Below are positions 1 through 10,767 of a stretch of 64,000 nucleotides of DNA, one piece after another (the stretch's first letter is position 1; every line of letters begins with the position of its first letter). This DNA is from an uncultured Clostridia bacterium (GTDB lineage Bacteria > Bacillota > Clostridia > Christensenellales > CAG-917). Location: the NCBI GenBank assembly GCA_947628855.1, contig CANRBM010000002.1:4884-68883 (forward strand), given 5' to 3'. The notes beneath the pieces were generated by a model. That model saw nothing but the letters and a program-made list of their open reading frames with translations. It searched no databases and was not told the origin of the DNA. A program made the translations under genes and the position numbers.

Positions 1-539
1 TCCTTGCCCATCAAGATGAGCTCGTCATAGATAGCCTTTTCGTCAAAGCCGTCGAGGTAGACGGCGCGGCTCCTCGAACGTACCGTCTCGAGAAGGCTCA
101 AGTCGTTTGCCACTCCAAGCAAAAACGTGACGCCTTCGGGCGGCTCCTCGAGCGTTTTGAGCAGCTTGTTTTGCGCGGTAGGGTTCATGAGGTCTGCGCG
201 GTGAACGAGATACAGCTTTTGTCCGCTCAGCCCGCGCATATCGACGGACGAAACAAGGTCGGAGACCGTCTCTTTTTTTATCTCCGCGCGCTCCTTGTTG
301 ACGTGTATGACGTCCGCGTGGCTCATATGCAATACCTTGCGGCACTCTGCGCAGGAGAGGCACGCGTTTTTATTTGCGCAGAATACGGACGCAGCGACAA
401 GCGTCAAAAAGCTGTCCGTGAGGTCGTCGTCCGCACAAACGATGCGGTAGGCGTGTCCGAGCCCTTTTTTGATGTCCGCAAGCATGAGCTCGTACGCGCG
501 CGACGACTTGAGAATGTTTTCAAAAAGCAGTTCGCTCAC
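1..539 (-). CDS. holB: DNA polymerase III subunit delta' (HolB), 3' part cut by window edge
   Basis: Absent from the ORF track (GTG start, no stop inside the window). My translation of the minus strand from GTG 539 stays open to nt 1: VSELLFENILKSS...VFCANKNACLSCAECRKVLHMSHADVIHV (Cys-rich zinc module)...AQNKLLKTLEEPPEGVTFLL...LLETVRSRSRAVYL (clamp-loader motifs). The GTG overlaps the tmk stop (GTGA). tmk-holB is the usual gene order. Confidence 0.75.
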   Translation of the reverse strand, partial: MSELLFENILKSSRAYELMLADIKKGLGHAYRIVCADDDLTDSFLTLVAASVFCANKNACLSCAECRKVLHMSHADVIHVNKERAEIKKETVSDLVSSVDMRGLSGQKLYLVHRADLMNPTAQNKLLKTLEEPPEGVTFLLGVANDLSLLETVRSRSRAVYLDGFDEKAIYDELILMGK

Positions 540-1144
540 CGTATCGCCCCTCTTTGCCTAAGCGCCTCAATTATATTCTCGGACGTGACAAATTTGTCTA
601 AATCGGGTTTTATGCATACAAAACGCGACGGTGAAAGCGCGATTTCGTCAAGATAGCCCTTGTATACGCGCTCAAAAAAGTCGTCGGGCTGTTCCTCTAT
701 ACGGTCGGCGCGGCGCTCTCCTCTCCAATTGCTTTTGGGAGGGAGATCGAGAAATACCGTGACGTCGGGCATACAGCCGTCTATTGCATAGGCGTTTATT
801 TTTTTGACGACGTCCGCGCCCAAACCCCTCCCATAGCCTTGATAGGCGACGGAGCTGTCGATATAGCGGTCGCATATGACAAGTTTGCCCTCTTTGAGCG
901 CGGGCTTTATCACCTCGCCGACAAGCTGCGCGCGGCTCGCGGCATACAGCATAGCCTCCGTCATATAGGACATGGCGGAGTTGGACTTGTCCAAAATTAT
1001 GGCGCGTATCTTCTCCGAGATGTCCGTGCTGCCGGGCTCGCGTATGTAGACGGCGTCCTGACCTGTCCTCAAAAGATATTCTTTGAGCAGTCTGAGCTGC
1101 GTGGATTTGCCCACGCCCTCAGAACCTTCAAACGTAACAAACAT
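536..1144 (-). CDS. tmk: Thymidylate kinase
   Basis: ORF 536..1189, start trimmed to ATG 1144 (MFVTFEGSEGVGKST puts the P-loop at the N-terminus). ICDRYIDSSVAYQG motif and LID-like RGERRADRIE. Confidence 0.9.
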   Translation of the reverse strand: MFVTFEGSEGVGKSTQLRLLKEYLLRTGQDAVYIREPGSTDISEKIRAIILDKSNSAMSYMTEAMLYAASRAQLVGEVIKPALKEGKLVICDRYIDSSVAYQGYGRGLGADVVKKINAYAIDGCMPDVTVFLDLPPKSNWRGERRADRIEEQPDDFFERVYKGYLDEIALSPSRFVCIKPDLDKFVTSENIIEALRQRGAIR

Positions 1145-1283
1145 AGTGTACTTTTCCTTTTTTACAGTGTAGCACAAATTTTCGCGCATAACAAGTAAAA
1201 GCGAATATTTGGTGAGAGTCCAAAAAAGGCGGCTCGATTTTTGTCAAGACGCCTCTTTTGGAAACTATATAACGAAATTTCTC

Positions 1284-2657
1284 TTAGGAAAGTATAGCAA
1301 ATTTCTTAGTCGGTTCATCGCGCATTACGTTGAAAGTGGACAAGTAGGGCTTGATGCAGTTTGTGAGAGAAGTGTTTTCGTGATAATTTGAGGAGTTGCC
1401 CGCGCGCCATGCCGCGGCGATCGTATCAAAATCGTCCGTCATATAGTTGGCTTGCGTGTGGTCCTCGTTGAGGTTGAGAAGCCCCCAACTTGAGTGCGTT
1501 GCGGCGTGTTTGAAATTCCATGTGGTGAAGTGCCAACCGTAGCCCGCATACAGCTCCATTACGCCTGCCCATGCCTCTTCTTCGGTCTGAGTGTACTTTT
1601 TGTCTCTGCCGTCGTCTCCCCACACGTTGAATTCGCCGATGAAGATGGGGACGTTCACAGATTTGAGACCTTGCACTTTGAAGCCATAGAAGAATTTGTT
1701 ATCCGAGAAGCCCATATAGTTTCTTGTCCAGTTGTAGTGGTGATATTGATAGACGACGTTCTCCCAACCATACATTGCGGGGTCGGGCAAGCCACCCACT
1801 TCCCAACAGCTCTCCATGGATATCGCGTGATTGGGATCCACCTCGCGTATGGCTTTGTAAAGCTCATCGAAATAGACCCATGTGCGCTCGTCCGTTATCT
1901 GCCCGCCACTCGCGTCCTTTATGCCCGGCTCGTTCATGAGGTCATAGAAGGCGATGCACTTCTCGTCCTTATAGTGTTCCGCGATGGCGACCCAAAGCTC
2001 CTTTGTCTTTGCTCTGCAAGTCTCGCCTGTCTCATCGTTGAGCCAAAGCTGTCCGAAGTTGGGATATAGGATGTCGCCTGTATGGTCGTTGCCGCTTTGC
2101 GAGCCGACTGCTCCGTGCATATCGAGGATGAGATACAGTCCGTACTTTTTGCACATCTCGACTGCCCAGTCAAGGCGTTTGAAAGCGTCTTTTTTCAGTG
2201 TGAGGTCTTTGAAGGGCGTACGCACATATTTGTTTGTCGCCTCGTCCAACATCACGCCCTCGTACAGCGTGAGATAGGTGAAGGGCAAGCGGATGCAGTT
2301 CATGCCCAGGTTTTTGACAAATTCAAAATCCTGCTCCGTCACCCAATTGTCCTCGTAAATGGCGAGCAATTCATCCGCTCTGTCTTTGCCGAAACGATTC
2401 GCAAGCTCCAGCAGCATGTCGATATGCCCGTATACTTTGCCTATCTCGGTGGGGACGAGCCAGCTCTCCTGTACGAGCCATCCTCCGAAGTTTGTGCCCA
2501 TAAGGGCGACGGGCTTTCCGTCGTTGCCAAGCAAGATCTTGCCGTCGGCACGTACGAATTGGTCGTTCCCGCCCTTCGGATCGCACGCCGCAAACGCAAG
2601 CGCAAGCGTAAGCACAAGCACCGCGGCGACCAAGATCAAAACTACCGATCTTTTCAT
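1284..2657 (-). CDS. Glycoside hydrolase family 5 lipoprotein (beta-glucanase/cellulase-like)
   Basis: 457 aa. Lipoprotein signal MKRSVVLILVAAVLVLTLALAFAAC. GH5 signatures NCIRLPF, LDMHGAVGSQSGNDH, LMNEP (acid/base Glu) and IFIGEFN (nucleophile Glu). Confidence 0.85.
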   Translation of the reverse strand: MKRSVVLILVAAVLVLTLALAFAACDPKGGNDQFVRADGKILLGNDGKPVALMGTNFGGWLVQESWLVPTEIGKVYGHIDMLLELANRFGKDRADELLAIYEDNWVTEQDFEFVKNLGMNCIRLPFTYLTLYEGVMLDEATNKYVRTPFKDLTLKKDAFKRLDWAVEMCKKYGLYLILDMHGAVGSQSGNDHTGDILYPNFGQLWLNDETGETCRAKTKELWVAIAEHYKDEKCIAFYDLMNEPGIKDASGGQITDERTWVYFDELYKAIREVDPNHAISMESCWEVGGLPDPAMYGWENVVYQYHHYNWTRNYMGFSDNKFFYGFKVQGLKSVNVPIFIGEFNVWGDDGRDKKYTQTEEEAWAGVMELYAGYGWHFTTWNFKHAATHSSWGLLNLNEDHTQANYMTDDFDTIAAAWRAGNSSNYHENTSLTNCIKPYLSTFNVMRDEPTKKFAILS

Positions 2658-2822
2658 AATTTTCCCTCCTTATTTGAGAAAAAGCGTATGAAACTTTTTT
2701 CTCATACAAATTATAACATCAAAAAGGACAATGTTCAAGAATGTTTTTCTTGACTTAATATGTTTTATTGTATTAAACTTAACTATTATAAACAGCAAAA
2801 AAGTATTTTTTCGAGGCGAGCT

Positions 2823-5243
2823 ATGGATTTCAAGCAGATCGAAGAAAAATGGCAGAAGAAGTGGGCTGAGACAAAGCTCTACAAATTCGACAGGGACAGA
2901 GTGGACAAAAAGTATTATTGTCTCGAGATGTTCTCCTATCCATCGGGCGCGAAGCTCCACGCGGGGCATTGGTACAACTACGGGCCCGCGGACACTTTCG
3001 CGCGGTTCAAGCGCATGCAGGGATACGAAGTTTTCCAGCCCATGGGCTTTGACGCGTTCGGGCTCCCCGCCGAGAATTACGCCATAAAGACGGGCATACA
3101 CCCCGAGGACAGCACGCTTAAAAACATAGCCACTATGGAGGCGCAACTCAAGCGCATAGGCGCGACCTACGATTGGGACTATGAGATAAAGACCTGCCTC
3201 CCAGACTACTACAAGTGGACGCAGTGGATGTTTTTGCAGCTTTTCAAGCACGGACTTGCCTATCAGAAGGAAGCGCCCGTCAATTGGTGCCCATCCTGCA
3301 ATACCGTACTCGCAAACGAGCAAGCGCAGGGCGGAGTGTGCGACAGATGCGGCAGTACCGTCACGCACAAAAATCTGACGCAATGGTTTTTCAAGATAAC
3401 CGCATATGCGGACGAGCTGCTTGACGGACTCGACAAGCTGGATTGGCCCGAAAAGACAAAGCTCATGCAAAAGAATTGGATAGGCAGGAGCTACGGCGGC
3501 GAGATAGTTTTCGACGTCAAGGGCAGCGAGGAGAAGATACGCGTGTTCACGACGCGCGCGGACACGGTGTTCGGCGTGACGTACGTTGTGCTCGCCCCCG
3601 AAAGCCCGCTCGTGGACCGACTCACCACACCCGCACAAAAAGAGGCGGTAGAGGCGTACAGGAAGAAGGCGGCGGAGGCTACCGAGATAGACAGGATGAG
3701 CTCCACGCGCGAAAAGACGGGCGTACCCACGGGCAGTTTTGCGATAAATCCCGTAAACGGCAGGGAAGTGCCCATCCTCGTGGCGGATTATGTCATAGCA
3801 AGCTACGGCACGGGCGCGGTCATGGGCGTCGCGGCGCACGATGAGCGCGATTATGTTTTCGCAAGCAAGCTCGGCTTGCCCATCGAGAGAGTCATCAAGG
3901 GCGAAGAGGGGCAGGACGATACGCTGCCCTTCACGGAGTACGGTACGCTTGTGAACAGCGGCGAATTTGACGGGCTCAAGTCCGAGGACGCAAAACTCGC
4001 CATACTCAAAAAGCTCGAGAGCGAGGGCAAGGGCTGCCTCAAGACGAACTACCGTCTGCGCGATTGGCTTGTGAGTCGTCAGAGATATTGGGGCGCGCCC
4101 ATACCCGTCATACACTGCGAACATTGCGGCGCGGTGCCCGTCCCCGAGAAGGACTTGCCCGTATTGCTGCCAAAAAACGTAAACTTCACGCCGAACGGCG
4201 AATCCCCTCTCAAGAAATGCGACGAATTTATGCACACCACCTGCCCCGTGTGCGGCAGGCCCGCGCTCAGGGACGCGGATACGCTTGACACTTTCGTGTG
4301 CTCGAGCTGGTATTATCTGCGCTATCCCGACAGCAAAAACGCGGACGCGCCCTTTGACAGCGAGTGGATAAACAAGATGCTGCCCGTTGACAAGTACATC
4401 GGCGGCGCGGAACACGCATGTATGCACCTGCTCTACGCGCGTTTCTTCACGAAAGTATTGAGAGACCTCGGCTATTTGAATTTTGACGAACCTTTCCTCT
4501 CCCTTGTGCACCAGGGCACAATTCTGGGACCGGACGGAAACAAGATGAGCAAGAGCAAGGGCAACGTAGTTTCCCCCGACGACAGCATACAGAAGTACGG
4601 CGCGGACGCGTTCAGATTGTATCTGATGTTCGGTTTCAACTATGTCGAGGGCGGGCCGTGGAACGACAGTGGCCTCGAAGCTATATCGAGATTTATCGAC
4701 AGGGTGGAGAGGCTTGTCAAAAAGTGCTTTGAAAACTTTGTATCCGCGCCCTTCGGCAAGGCGGAAAAGGAGCTCAACAGAGTGCGTCACCTCACCATAA
4801 AGAGCGTGACGAACGATCTCGAGCACTTCTCCTTCAACACGGCGGTAGCGAGGCTTATGGAGTTTGTCAACGCGATATACGCCTACGACTCCTCCGTCCC
4901 GCAAAAGAACGCCATGTTCAAGGATTGCGTACGCGACCTCGTTTTGTTGCTCGCCCCCTTTGCGCCGCACTGCGCGGAGGAGCTTTGGGAGATGCTGGGC
5001 GAAAAGTATTCGGTTTTCAACGCGCCGTACCCCGTATGCGACGAGAAAGCGACGGTGCTTGACGAAGTGGAGCTCGCGGTGCAGATAAACAGCAAGATGC
5101 GCGCAAAAGTGACCGTGCCCACGGACGCGGACAGCGCGGCGATAGAGGCGGCGGCTGTGGACGCCGTCAAGGATATGCTTGGGGACAAGCCCGTCAAGAA
5201 GGTCATCGTCGTCAAGGGCAGACTCGTGAACATCATCGCATAA
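2823..5243 (+). CDS. leuS: Leucine--tRNA ligase
   Basis: ORF 2760..5243, start trimmed to ATG 2823 ([14 protein letters not shown]). Class I motifs HAGH (HIGH variant) and KMSKSKGN. Editing-domain insertion and Cys knuckles present. Confidence 0.95.
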   Translation: MDFKQIEEKWQKKWAETKLYKFDRDRVDKKYYCLEMFSYPSGAKLHAGHWYNYGPADTFARFKRMQGYEVFQPMGFDAFGLPAENYAIKTGIHPEDSTLKNIATMEAQLKRIGATYDWDYEIKTCLPDYYKWTQWMFLQLFKHGLAYQKEAPVNWCPSCNTVLANEQAQGGVCDRCGSTVTHKNLTQWFFKITAYADELLDGLDKLDWPEKTKLMQKNWIGRSYGGEIVFDVKGSEEKIRVFTTRADTVFGVTYVVLAPESPLVDRLTTPAQKEAVEAYRKKAAEATEIDRMSSTREKTGVPTGSFAINPVNGREVPILVADYVIASYGTGAVMGVAAHDERDYVFASKLGLPIERVIKGEEGQDDTLPFTEYGTLVNSGEFDGLKSEDAKLAILKKLESEGKGCLKTNYRLRDWLVSRQRYWGAPIPVIHCEHCGAVPVPEKDLPVLLPKNVNFTPNGESPLKKCDEFMHTTCPVCGRPALRDADTLDTFVCSSWYYLRYPDSKNADAPFDSEWINKMLPVDKYIGGAEHACMHLLYARFFTKVLRDLGYLNFDEPFLSLVHQGTILGPDGNKMSKSKGNVVSPDDSIQKYGADAFRLYLMFGFNYVEGGPWNDSGLEAISRFIDRVERLVKKCFENFVSAPFGKAEKELNRVRHLTIKSVTNDLEHFSFNTAVARLMEFVNAIYAYDSSVPQKNAMFKDCVRDLVLLLAPFAPHCAEELWEMLGEKYSVFNAPYPVCDEKATVLDEVELAVQINSKMRAKVTVPTDADSAAIEAAAVDAVKDMLGDKPVKKVIVVKGRLVNIIA

Positions 5244-5344
5244 AAGTGAGGATATCTGCAAAAAGCGGGGTTTATCCTCACAAAATCACATGATAAAGTG
5301 TGCGAAATGAAAATTCTTATTTGCGTATTGTAAAGGAGACGCAT

Positions 5345-6631
5345 ATGTTGGATCTTGTAAAAATCAGGAGCAACCCGCAAGCCGTCGCGGACGCGCTTGC
5401 AAAAAAAGGCTATAAGGCGGACTTTTCCCGCATAATCGAGTGGGACGATCAGCGCAAAGCCACTATCACCGAGATAGAGGCGCTCAAAGCGCAAAAAAAC
5501 AAGATCTCCGCTCAGATCCCCGTGCTCAAAAAGTCGGGGCAGCCTGTGGAGCCCATCTTCGAGGAGATGAGAAAGCTCGGCGACGAGATAGCGGCGGGTG
5601 ACGCAAAGATAAACGCGCTCATTTCAAACATAAACGACGCGCTTGCCGCAATGCCGAATGTCCCCGACGACGACCTGCTCCCCGGCGAGAAGGAGAACAA
5701 TCAAGTCATACGCATAGTAGGAGAACAGCCCAAATTCGACTTTCCGCTCAAAAACCACGTGGACATCTGCACGGAGCTCGGGCTCATCGACTATGAGCGA
5801 GGCGTAAAGCTCAGCGGCAACGGCTTTTGGATATACAGGGGCATGGGCGCGAGGCTGGAGTGGGCGCTGCTCAACTATTTCATAGAGGAGCACCTCTCGG
5901 ACGGCTATGAGTTTATCCTGCCGCCATATCAGCTTGGCTACAATTGCGGGTTCGGCGCGGGGCAATTTCCCAAATTCAGCGACGAAGTATATTGGCTGGA
6001 CGTGGACGAGGACAGGAAGCGCAACAGATTTATGCTGCCCACGGCGGAGACCGCGCTTGTCAATATGTACGCGGGCGAGATAATAGACGAGAGCAAGCTG
6101 CCCATGAAATTCTTCGCGTATTCGCCCTGTTTCAGGAAGGAGGCGGGCAGCGCGCGCACAGAGGAGCGCGGCATGATACGCGGACATCAATTCAACAAGA
6201 TAGAGATGGTGCAATACGCGCACCCCGAACACAGTATGGAAGCGTTTGAGGAGCTTGTGGAAAAGGCGGCGAGGCTTGTGGAAAAGCTGGGACTGCACTT
6301 CCGCATAAGCAAGCTCGCGGCGGGAGACTGCTCCGCGTCCATGGCGAGGACGTATGACGTCGAGCTTTGGATCCCGTCCATGGGCATATACAAGGAGTGC
6401 TCGTCCGTCTCAAACGCAAACGACTATCAAGCGAGGCGCAACAATACGCGCTATCGCGACTCCAAGACGGGCAAACCCGCGTATGTGCATACCTTGAACG
6501 GCAGTGGACTTGCTACGTCCCGCCTCATCCCCGCCATTGTGGAGCAATATCAAAACGCGGACGGCAGCGTCACCGTACCCGAAGCGCTGCGCAAGTTTAT
6601 GGGCGGCATAGAAAAGATAGAAAAACAATAA
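5345..6631 (+). CDS. serS: Serine--tRNA ligase
   Basis: ORF 5300..6631, start trimmed to ATG 5345 (MLDLVKIRSNPQAV) behind an AAAGGAGA RBS. N-terminal coiled-coil arm. Class II motifs FRKEAGSA, GHQFNKIEM and LNGSGLATSR. Confidence 0.95.
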   Translation: MLDLVKIRSNPQAVADALAKKGYKADFSRIIEWDDQRKATITEIEALKAQKNKISAQIPVLKKSGQPVEPIFEEMRKLGDEIAAGDAKINALISNINDALAAMPNVPDDDLLPGEKENNQVIRIVGEQPKFDFPLKNHVDICTELGLIDYERGVKLSGNGFWIYRGMGARLEWALLNYFIEEHLSDGYEFILPPYQLGYNCGFGAGQFPKFSDEVYWLDVDEDRKRNRFMLPTAETALVNMYAGEIIDESKLPMKFFAYSPCFRKEAGSARTEERGMIRGHQFNKIEMVQYAHPEHSMEAFEELVEKAARLVEKLGLHFRISKLAAGDCSASMARTYDVELWIPSMGIYKECSSVSNANDYQARRNNTRYRDSKTGKPAYVHTLNGSGLATSRLIPAIVEQYQNADGSVTVPEALRKFMGGIEKIEKQ

Positions 6632-6705
6632 AATGAAGCAAGGCAGGGGACTTTCCCCTTTTCGCTTTAATAAAAAACCAAAATATTTAAAAAGGGGGAA
6701 ACCTT

Positions 6706-8016
6706 ATGAAAGAAAAACTGCAAAAGTATACCGACGAGGCATACGGCATGGTAGAGTACGCCGCGAACGAGATTGGACAGCGCGTACCCGGCACAGACGG
6801 CGAGAAGAAGTTCCAAGACTATCTTGCGGACAAGTTCAGAGAGATCGGACTTCAGCCAAAGAGTGAAAAATTCATCTTTGCGCCTCGCAGTTCTATCGGC
6901 GGACTTCCCTATGCGGGTTGGGGAGGCATCATTATGGCGGCTCTGCTCATTTTGGCGACGCTTGGCTCGCAACTGGGCGCCGGCATTGGCATAGCGCTGT
7001 ACTTCTTTGCGGCGTTGTACGGCGTCGCGCTGTGGACATGGGTCATCTTGAGCGTTTTCAAGTACAAGACCTGGTTCGACTGGTGCTTTAAACAGGAAGT
7101 CTCATACAACACTTATGCCGAGCTGCTGCCAAAAGATGGCAAATTTGATCACACCATCTACCTCACGGGTCATACAGACACAAGCTGGACGCTCAAGCAC
7201 TCCGCGGCAAGAAACAACTTCATCATCATCGTCCTCAAGATAGGCATAGGCGCAATATCCGTCGGACTCATCACCGCGCTCGCAGTCCTCAATTTCGTGC
7301 TGTATATGATGTATGTCTACATGCGCGGCGCAAGTCCCGAGGTGATGGACGCGATCGGCAAGGCGCTTGACATTTTGTATTACATAGTGGTGTTCGGCTG
7401 TCCCGTGCTCATGGTCGGCTCCTATATGCTCTGCCTCTACAACGAGAAGAATCCCCGCGTCGCGTCTCCCGGTGCAATGGACAACGCTACGGGCGTCGCC
7501 ATCGCGTACGAGACCGTCAAATATTACAAGGAAAATCCCGAAGAGGCTCCCGCAGGTTGTCGTATTATCGCAATGGGTTGTGGCGCTGAAGAGTCGGGCC
7601 TCAGAGGCTCCATCAATTTCGTCCGCGCGCACAAGAACGACGGCATGCTCGAAAACGCCTACCACATCAACATCGACTCCATCGCGGACAAAGAATTCTT
7701 CGAGGTCATTCACGGCGACGCCTGGCTCTGCCCGCACTTCGACAAGAATATGACCGCAATGGCATTCGAGGCTATGAAAGAGGCGGGCATCGAGAAACCC
7801 GGCGACATAGCAAACCCCGTCGGCGGTTGCGACTCCACGCCTTTCCAAAAGGCGGGCGTACCCTCCGTCACCCTCGCCGCGCAAAACCCCGTCATGACGG
7901 ACTATTACCACACCCTCTACGACGTCCCCGAACGCTTTGAAGCGGAGACGGTAGGCAAGGGCCTCGACATCACTCTGCGCCTCATCGACAAGATCGAAAA
8001 GAGCCGCAAAGCGTAA
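6706..8016 (+). CDS. M28-family zinc peptidase with an integral-membrane N-terminal half
   Basis: 436 aa. Metal-ligand motifs GAMDNATGVA and GCGAEESGLRGS are typical of M28 aminopeptidases. Several hydrophobic segments lie between aa 65 and 250. Confidence 0.75.
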   Translation: MKEKLQKYTDEAYGMVEYAANEIGQRVPGTDGEKKFQDYLADKFREIGLQPKSEKFIFAPRSSIGGLPYAGWGGIIMAALLILATLGSQLGAGIGIALYFFAALYGVALWTWVILSVFKYKTWFDWCFKQEVSYNTYAELLPKDGKFDHTIYLTGHTDTSWTLKHSAARNNFIIIVLKIGIGAISVGLITALAVLNFVLYMMYVYMRGASPEVMDAIGKALDILYYIVVFGCPVLMVGSYMLCLYNEKNPRVASPGAMDNATGVAIAYETVKYYKENPEEAPAGCRIIAMGCGAEESGLRGSINFVRAHKNDGMLENAYHINIDSIADKEFFEVIHGDAWLCPHFDKNMTAMAFEAMKEAGIEKPGDIANPVGGCDSTPFQKAGVPSVTLAAQNPVMTDYYHTLYDVPERFEAETVGKGLDITLRLIDKIEKSRKA

Positions 8017-8025
8017 GTCGTTTAT

Positions 8026-8239
8026 GTGGGGCGCCGCCCCACGCCCCGGCAAAGGGCGCTTTGCTCTTTGGGTTCCAAGCTAAAAACGCGCAAACGTCGT
8101 GACTTTTGTCACTAGTTTGCGCGTTTTGTTTTGTCTGCAATGTCCAAAATTCCTGTGAGAGAGTTTGATTTTGACGTACATATAGTCCGAGGTTTTTACT
8201 AAAAAACCGGGGAATTCTTAGACTACGCTCAGAATGACA
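8026..8239 (-). repeat. Intergenic modular repeat (IMR, my label), copy 1, reverse orientation
   Basis: Read on the minus strand it has module E (TGTCATTCTGAGCGTAGTCTAAGAATTCCCC), the CTCACAGGAATTTTG box, the hairpin AAAACGCGCAAACTAGTGACAAAAGTCACGACGTTTGCGCGTTTTT (8082-8127), then AGCTTGG and GC hairpins. Homologous to copies at 19838-20193 and 21116-21426. Confidence 0.8.
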
Positions 8240-8255
8240 AATAAAAACAAATCGT

Positions 8256-8416
8256 TCGGACTAAGCGCAACGCAAATATCAAGTTCTCACGCAGGAGTTT
8301 TGATGCTTGCACGCAATAAAAAAACGTGAGCGACGGCAAGAAATTGCCTAGCTCGCGTTTTTAGCTTTGGATCGCAAAGGGCAAAGCGCCCTTGCCGAGG
8401 CGTGGGCGAGCAGCCC
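8256..8416 (+). repeat. IMR copy 2, forward orientation (head-to-head with copy 1)
   Basis: TCGGAC..ATATCAAGTTCTCACGCAGGAGTTTTG box, hairpin AAAAAAACGTGAGCGACGGCAAGAAATTGCCTAGCTCGCGTTTTT (8318-8362), AGCTTTGG, GCAAAGGGCAAAGCGCCCTTGC, GGCGTGGGCGAGCAGCCC. Confidence 0.8.
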
Positions 8417-8527
8417 GCCGAGTATAAATACCGCGGTTTTAACACTGTTTTAACAAATATATTTCATAATTTGTCCATACTAATCGTATATAAGCGCGCG
8501 CCCTTTGCAAATTGCCGAGGATTGCGA

Positions 8528-8556
8528 TTGACTTTTTTATACTAACTTAATATAAT
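8528..8556 (+). promoter_or_regulatory. Sigma-70-type promoter of ftsH
   Basis: TTGACT (8528-8533), 17 nt, TATAAT (8551-8556). It lies about 50 nt upstream of the ftsH ATG, which has an AAGGAGG RBS. Confidence 0.6.
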
Positions 8557-8607
8557 TAAAAACGTATAACACATTTATGCGTTTGACGGCTGCTTGAAGG
8601 AGGACAG

Positions 8608-10677
8608 ATGAAAGCAACTACAAGACGAACGATTTTTATTATCGCCGCGATCGCGCTCGTGATATTGGCGATCGTTTTGGCGTATACGCTGACCGCGCCC
8701 AAAGAGCTTGGCTATTCGGGCATGGTGGAAGGCAGCAATACGCTTGAATCCCTTATAAAGGAAGGCAAGGTCTCCGCGCTGAGAGTTGACGGCAGCTACA
8801 GCGTGGATATATTGCTCGAGGGAGAGGGCAGAGTGCGCTACTATGCGAACATCCCCGCAAGGAGCGTGCTCGCCGAGGACGTAAAAGCGTGGGCGGATGA
8901 AGTCGAAAACCCCGAAATTAAAAGCAAAATCACCTCTATGCCCATAGAGTACAACGACCCCTCGCGCGGCTCGATGCTCAGCAGTCTGCTGGTCCCCATC
9001 ATTTTGTATGCTATACTCTTCTTTGTATTTATGGTCATTCTGCGCAAGTCGGCGGGCGTAAACAACCAGGCTTTGAACTTCGGCAAGACGACAGCAAACC
9101 AAGTGCGCGATATCAAGGTGCGTTTCAGCGACGTAGCGGGCGCGGACGAGGAAAAGCAGGAGCTGCAAGAGATCGTAGACTTTTTGAAATATCCCAAAAA
9201 ATATATGGATATCGGCGCGCGTATCCCGCACGGCGTTTTGCTCGTAGGTCCTCCGGGCACAGGTAAGACGTTGTTCGCAAAGGCTGTCGCGGGCGAAGCT
9301 AACGTGCCTTTCTTCTCGATAAGCGGCTCCGACTTCGTTGAAATGTTCGTAGGCGTGGGCGCGTCGCGTGTGAGAGACCTGTTCGATCAAGCGAAGAAAA
9401 ATATGCCCTGTATAATCTTTATCGACGAGATAGACGCCGTAGGCAGACAGCGCGGCGCGGGCTTAGGCGGCGGCAACGACGAGCGCGAACAGACTTTGAA
9501 CCAATTGCTCGTACAAATGGACGGTTTCGAGTCGTCAAGCTCTATAATCGTCATGGCGGCGACCAACCGCTCCGACATACTAGACCCCGCTCTCATGCGC
9601 CCGGGCAGATTTGACAGGCAGATATATGTCAACATTCCCGACGTCAAGGGCAGAGAGGCTATATTCAAGGTGCATGCGCGCAATAAGCCGCTCGCGTCCG
9701 ACGTCAATTTCAAGAGCCTTGCCCGCCTCACTTCGGGCTTTACGGGCGCGGATATCGAGAATATTTTGAACGAAGCCGCCATACTTGCGGCAAGAGAAAA
9801 CCGCAAACTTATATCTATGAAGGATATAAGCGAGGCGATAAACAAGGTCATGGCGGGTCCCGCGAAGAAGAGCCGCCTCGTGACGGAATCGGACAAGCGT
9901 ATCACCGCATACCACGAGAGCGGACACGCCATCATCGCAAAGAAGATGAAGCACTGCGACAGCGTGCACGAGGTCAGCATAATTCCGCGCGGCATGGCGG
10001 CGGGCTACACCATCACGCTGCCCGAGACGGACGACAACCATATGACGAAGGGCAAGCTGCTTGACAACATTGCTATGCTACTCGGCGGGCGCGCGGCGGA
10101 AGAACTTGTGATAAAGGACATTTCCACGGGCGCGTCAAACGACATACAGCGCGCAAGCAAGCTCGCAAGGAAGATGGTCACGGAGTGGGGCATGTCCGAC
10201 GAGATAGGCAATATGTACCTTGGCGCGAGCGAGGAAGTTTTCCTTGGCAGAGACTATCAGACTCAACTCAACTACAGCGACGACGTAGCCGCAAAGATAG
10301 ACGTCGAGGTCAAGAAGATATTGGACGAGCAATATCGGATCGCCATCAACATTTTGCGCGAGAACAGGGCCATAATGGACGCTATGGTCAAGCTGCTGTA
10401 TGAGAAAGAGACAATCTATGAGGACGAGATAGACGCGCTGTTCGGCGAGGAAAGCACAGACAAGGACGGCATATTCTCCTCGAGGGTCAACCGCGGCGAG
10501 GCGGACGCGACCCCGGGCGAAACACCCGCGGACGCAAAACCCGCAAAGAGCAAGCGCAAGAAGGACGCAGGAACCGCGACGGACGCAATCCCCCTTCCTG
10601 CTCCCGAAGAGCACGGCGAGACCCCTACGGACGAATCTCCGAAGGACGATAAGTCGGGCGAGGACGACGACAAATAA
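8608..10677 (+). CDS. ftsH: ATP-dependent zinc metalloprotease FtsH
   Basis: 689 aa. N-terminal TM pair, Walker [32 protein letters not shown], zinc site HESGHAI. Acidic low-complexity C-terminal tail. Confidence 0.95.
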   Translation: MKATTRRTIFIIAAIALVILAIVLAYTLTAPKELGYSGMVEGSNTLESLIKEGKVSALRVDGSYSVDILLEGEGRVRYYANIPARSVLAEDVKAWADEVENPEIKSKITSMPIEYNDPSRGSMLSSLLVPIILYAILFFVFMVILRKSAGVNNQALNFGKTTANQVRDIKVRFSDVAGADEEKQELQEIVDFLKYPKKYMDIGARIPHGVLLVGPPGTGKTLFAKAVAGEANVPFFSISGSDFVEMFVGVGASRVRDLFDQAKKNMPCIIFIDEIDAVGRQRGAGLGGGNDEREQTLNQLLVQMDGFESSSSIIVMAATNRSDILDPALMRPGRFDRQIYVNIPDVKGREAIFKVHARNKPLASDVNFKSLARLTSGFTGADIENILNEAAILAARENRKLISMKDISEAINKVMAGPAKKSRLVTESDKRITAYHESGHAIIAKKMKHCDSVHEVSIIPRGMAAGYTITLPETDDNHMTKGKLLDNIAMLLGGRAAEELVIKDISTGASNDIQRASKLARKMVTEWGMSDEIGNMYLGASEEVFLGRDYQTQLNYSDDVAAKIDVEVKKILDEQYRIAINILRENRAIMDAMVKLLYEKETIYEDEIDALFGEESTDKDGIFSSRVNRGEADATPGETPADAKPAKSKRKKDAGTATDAIPLPAPEEHGETPTDESPKDDKSGEDDDK

Positions 10678-10767
10678 AAGTAAGATGCGGGCAGAGCAAA
10701 TTTGCTTGTCTGCATCTTTTAAAATGCACAAAACTCACCACATATCACATATTTTGAGGATAGGACT

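Noticed and set aside
171-656. 161-aa plus-strand ORF at the window start
   Set aside because: It is antisense to holB and the tmk 3' end. The minus strand gives a clean HolB translation with clamp-loader motifs.
2658-2822. T-box leaders upstream of leuS (also serS 5244-5344 and cysS 10678-10767)
   Set aside because: The leaders are only 90-165 nt. I could not find the conserved T-box sequence (AGGGTGGNACCGCG-like) or a specifier/terminator arrangement.
2670-5261. 863-aa ORF on the minus strand covering all of leuS
   Set aside because: Its codons are exactly phase-aligned with the leuS codons (both on the 3n boundary). A stop can therefore arise only where leuS uses TTA, CTA or TCA. The ORF simply shows that leuS avoids those three codons. 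The predicted protein is Arg/His/Val/Leu-rich low-information sequence with no motif. It is a mirror (shadow) ORF caused by codon bias, not a gene.
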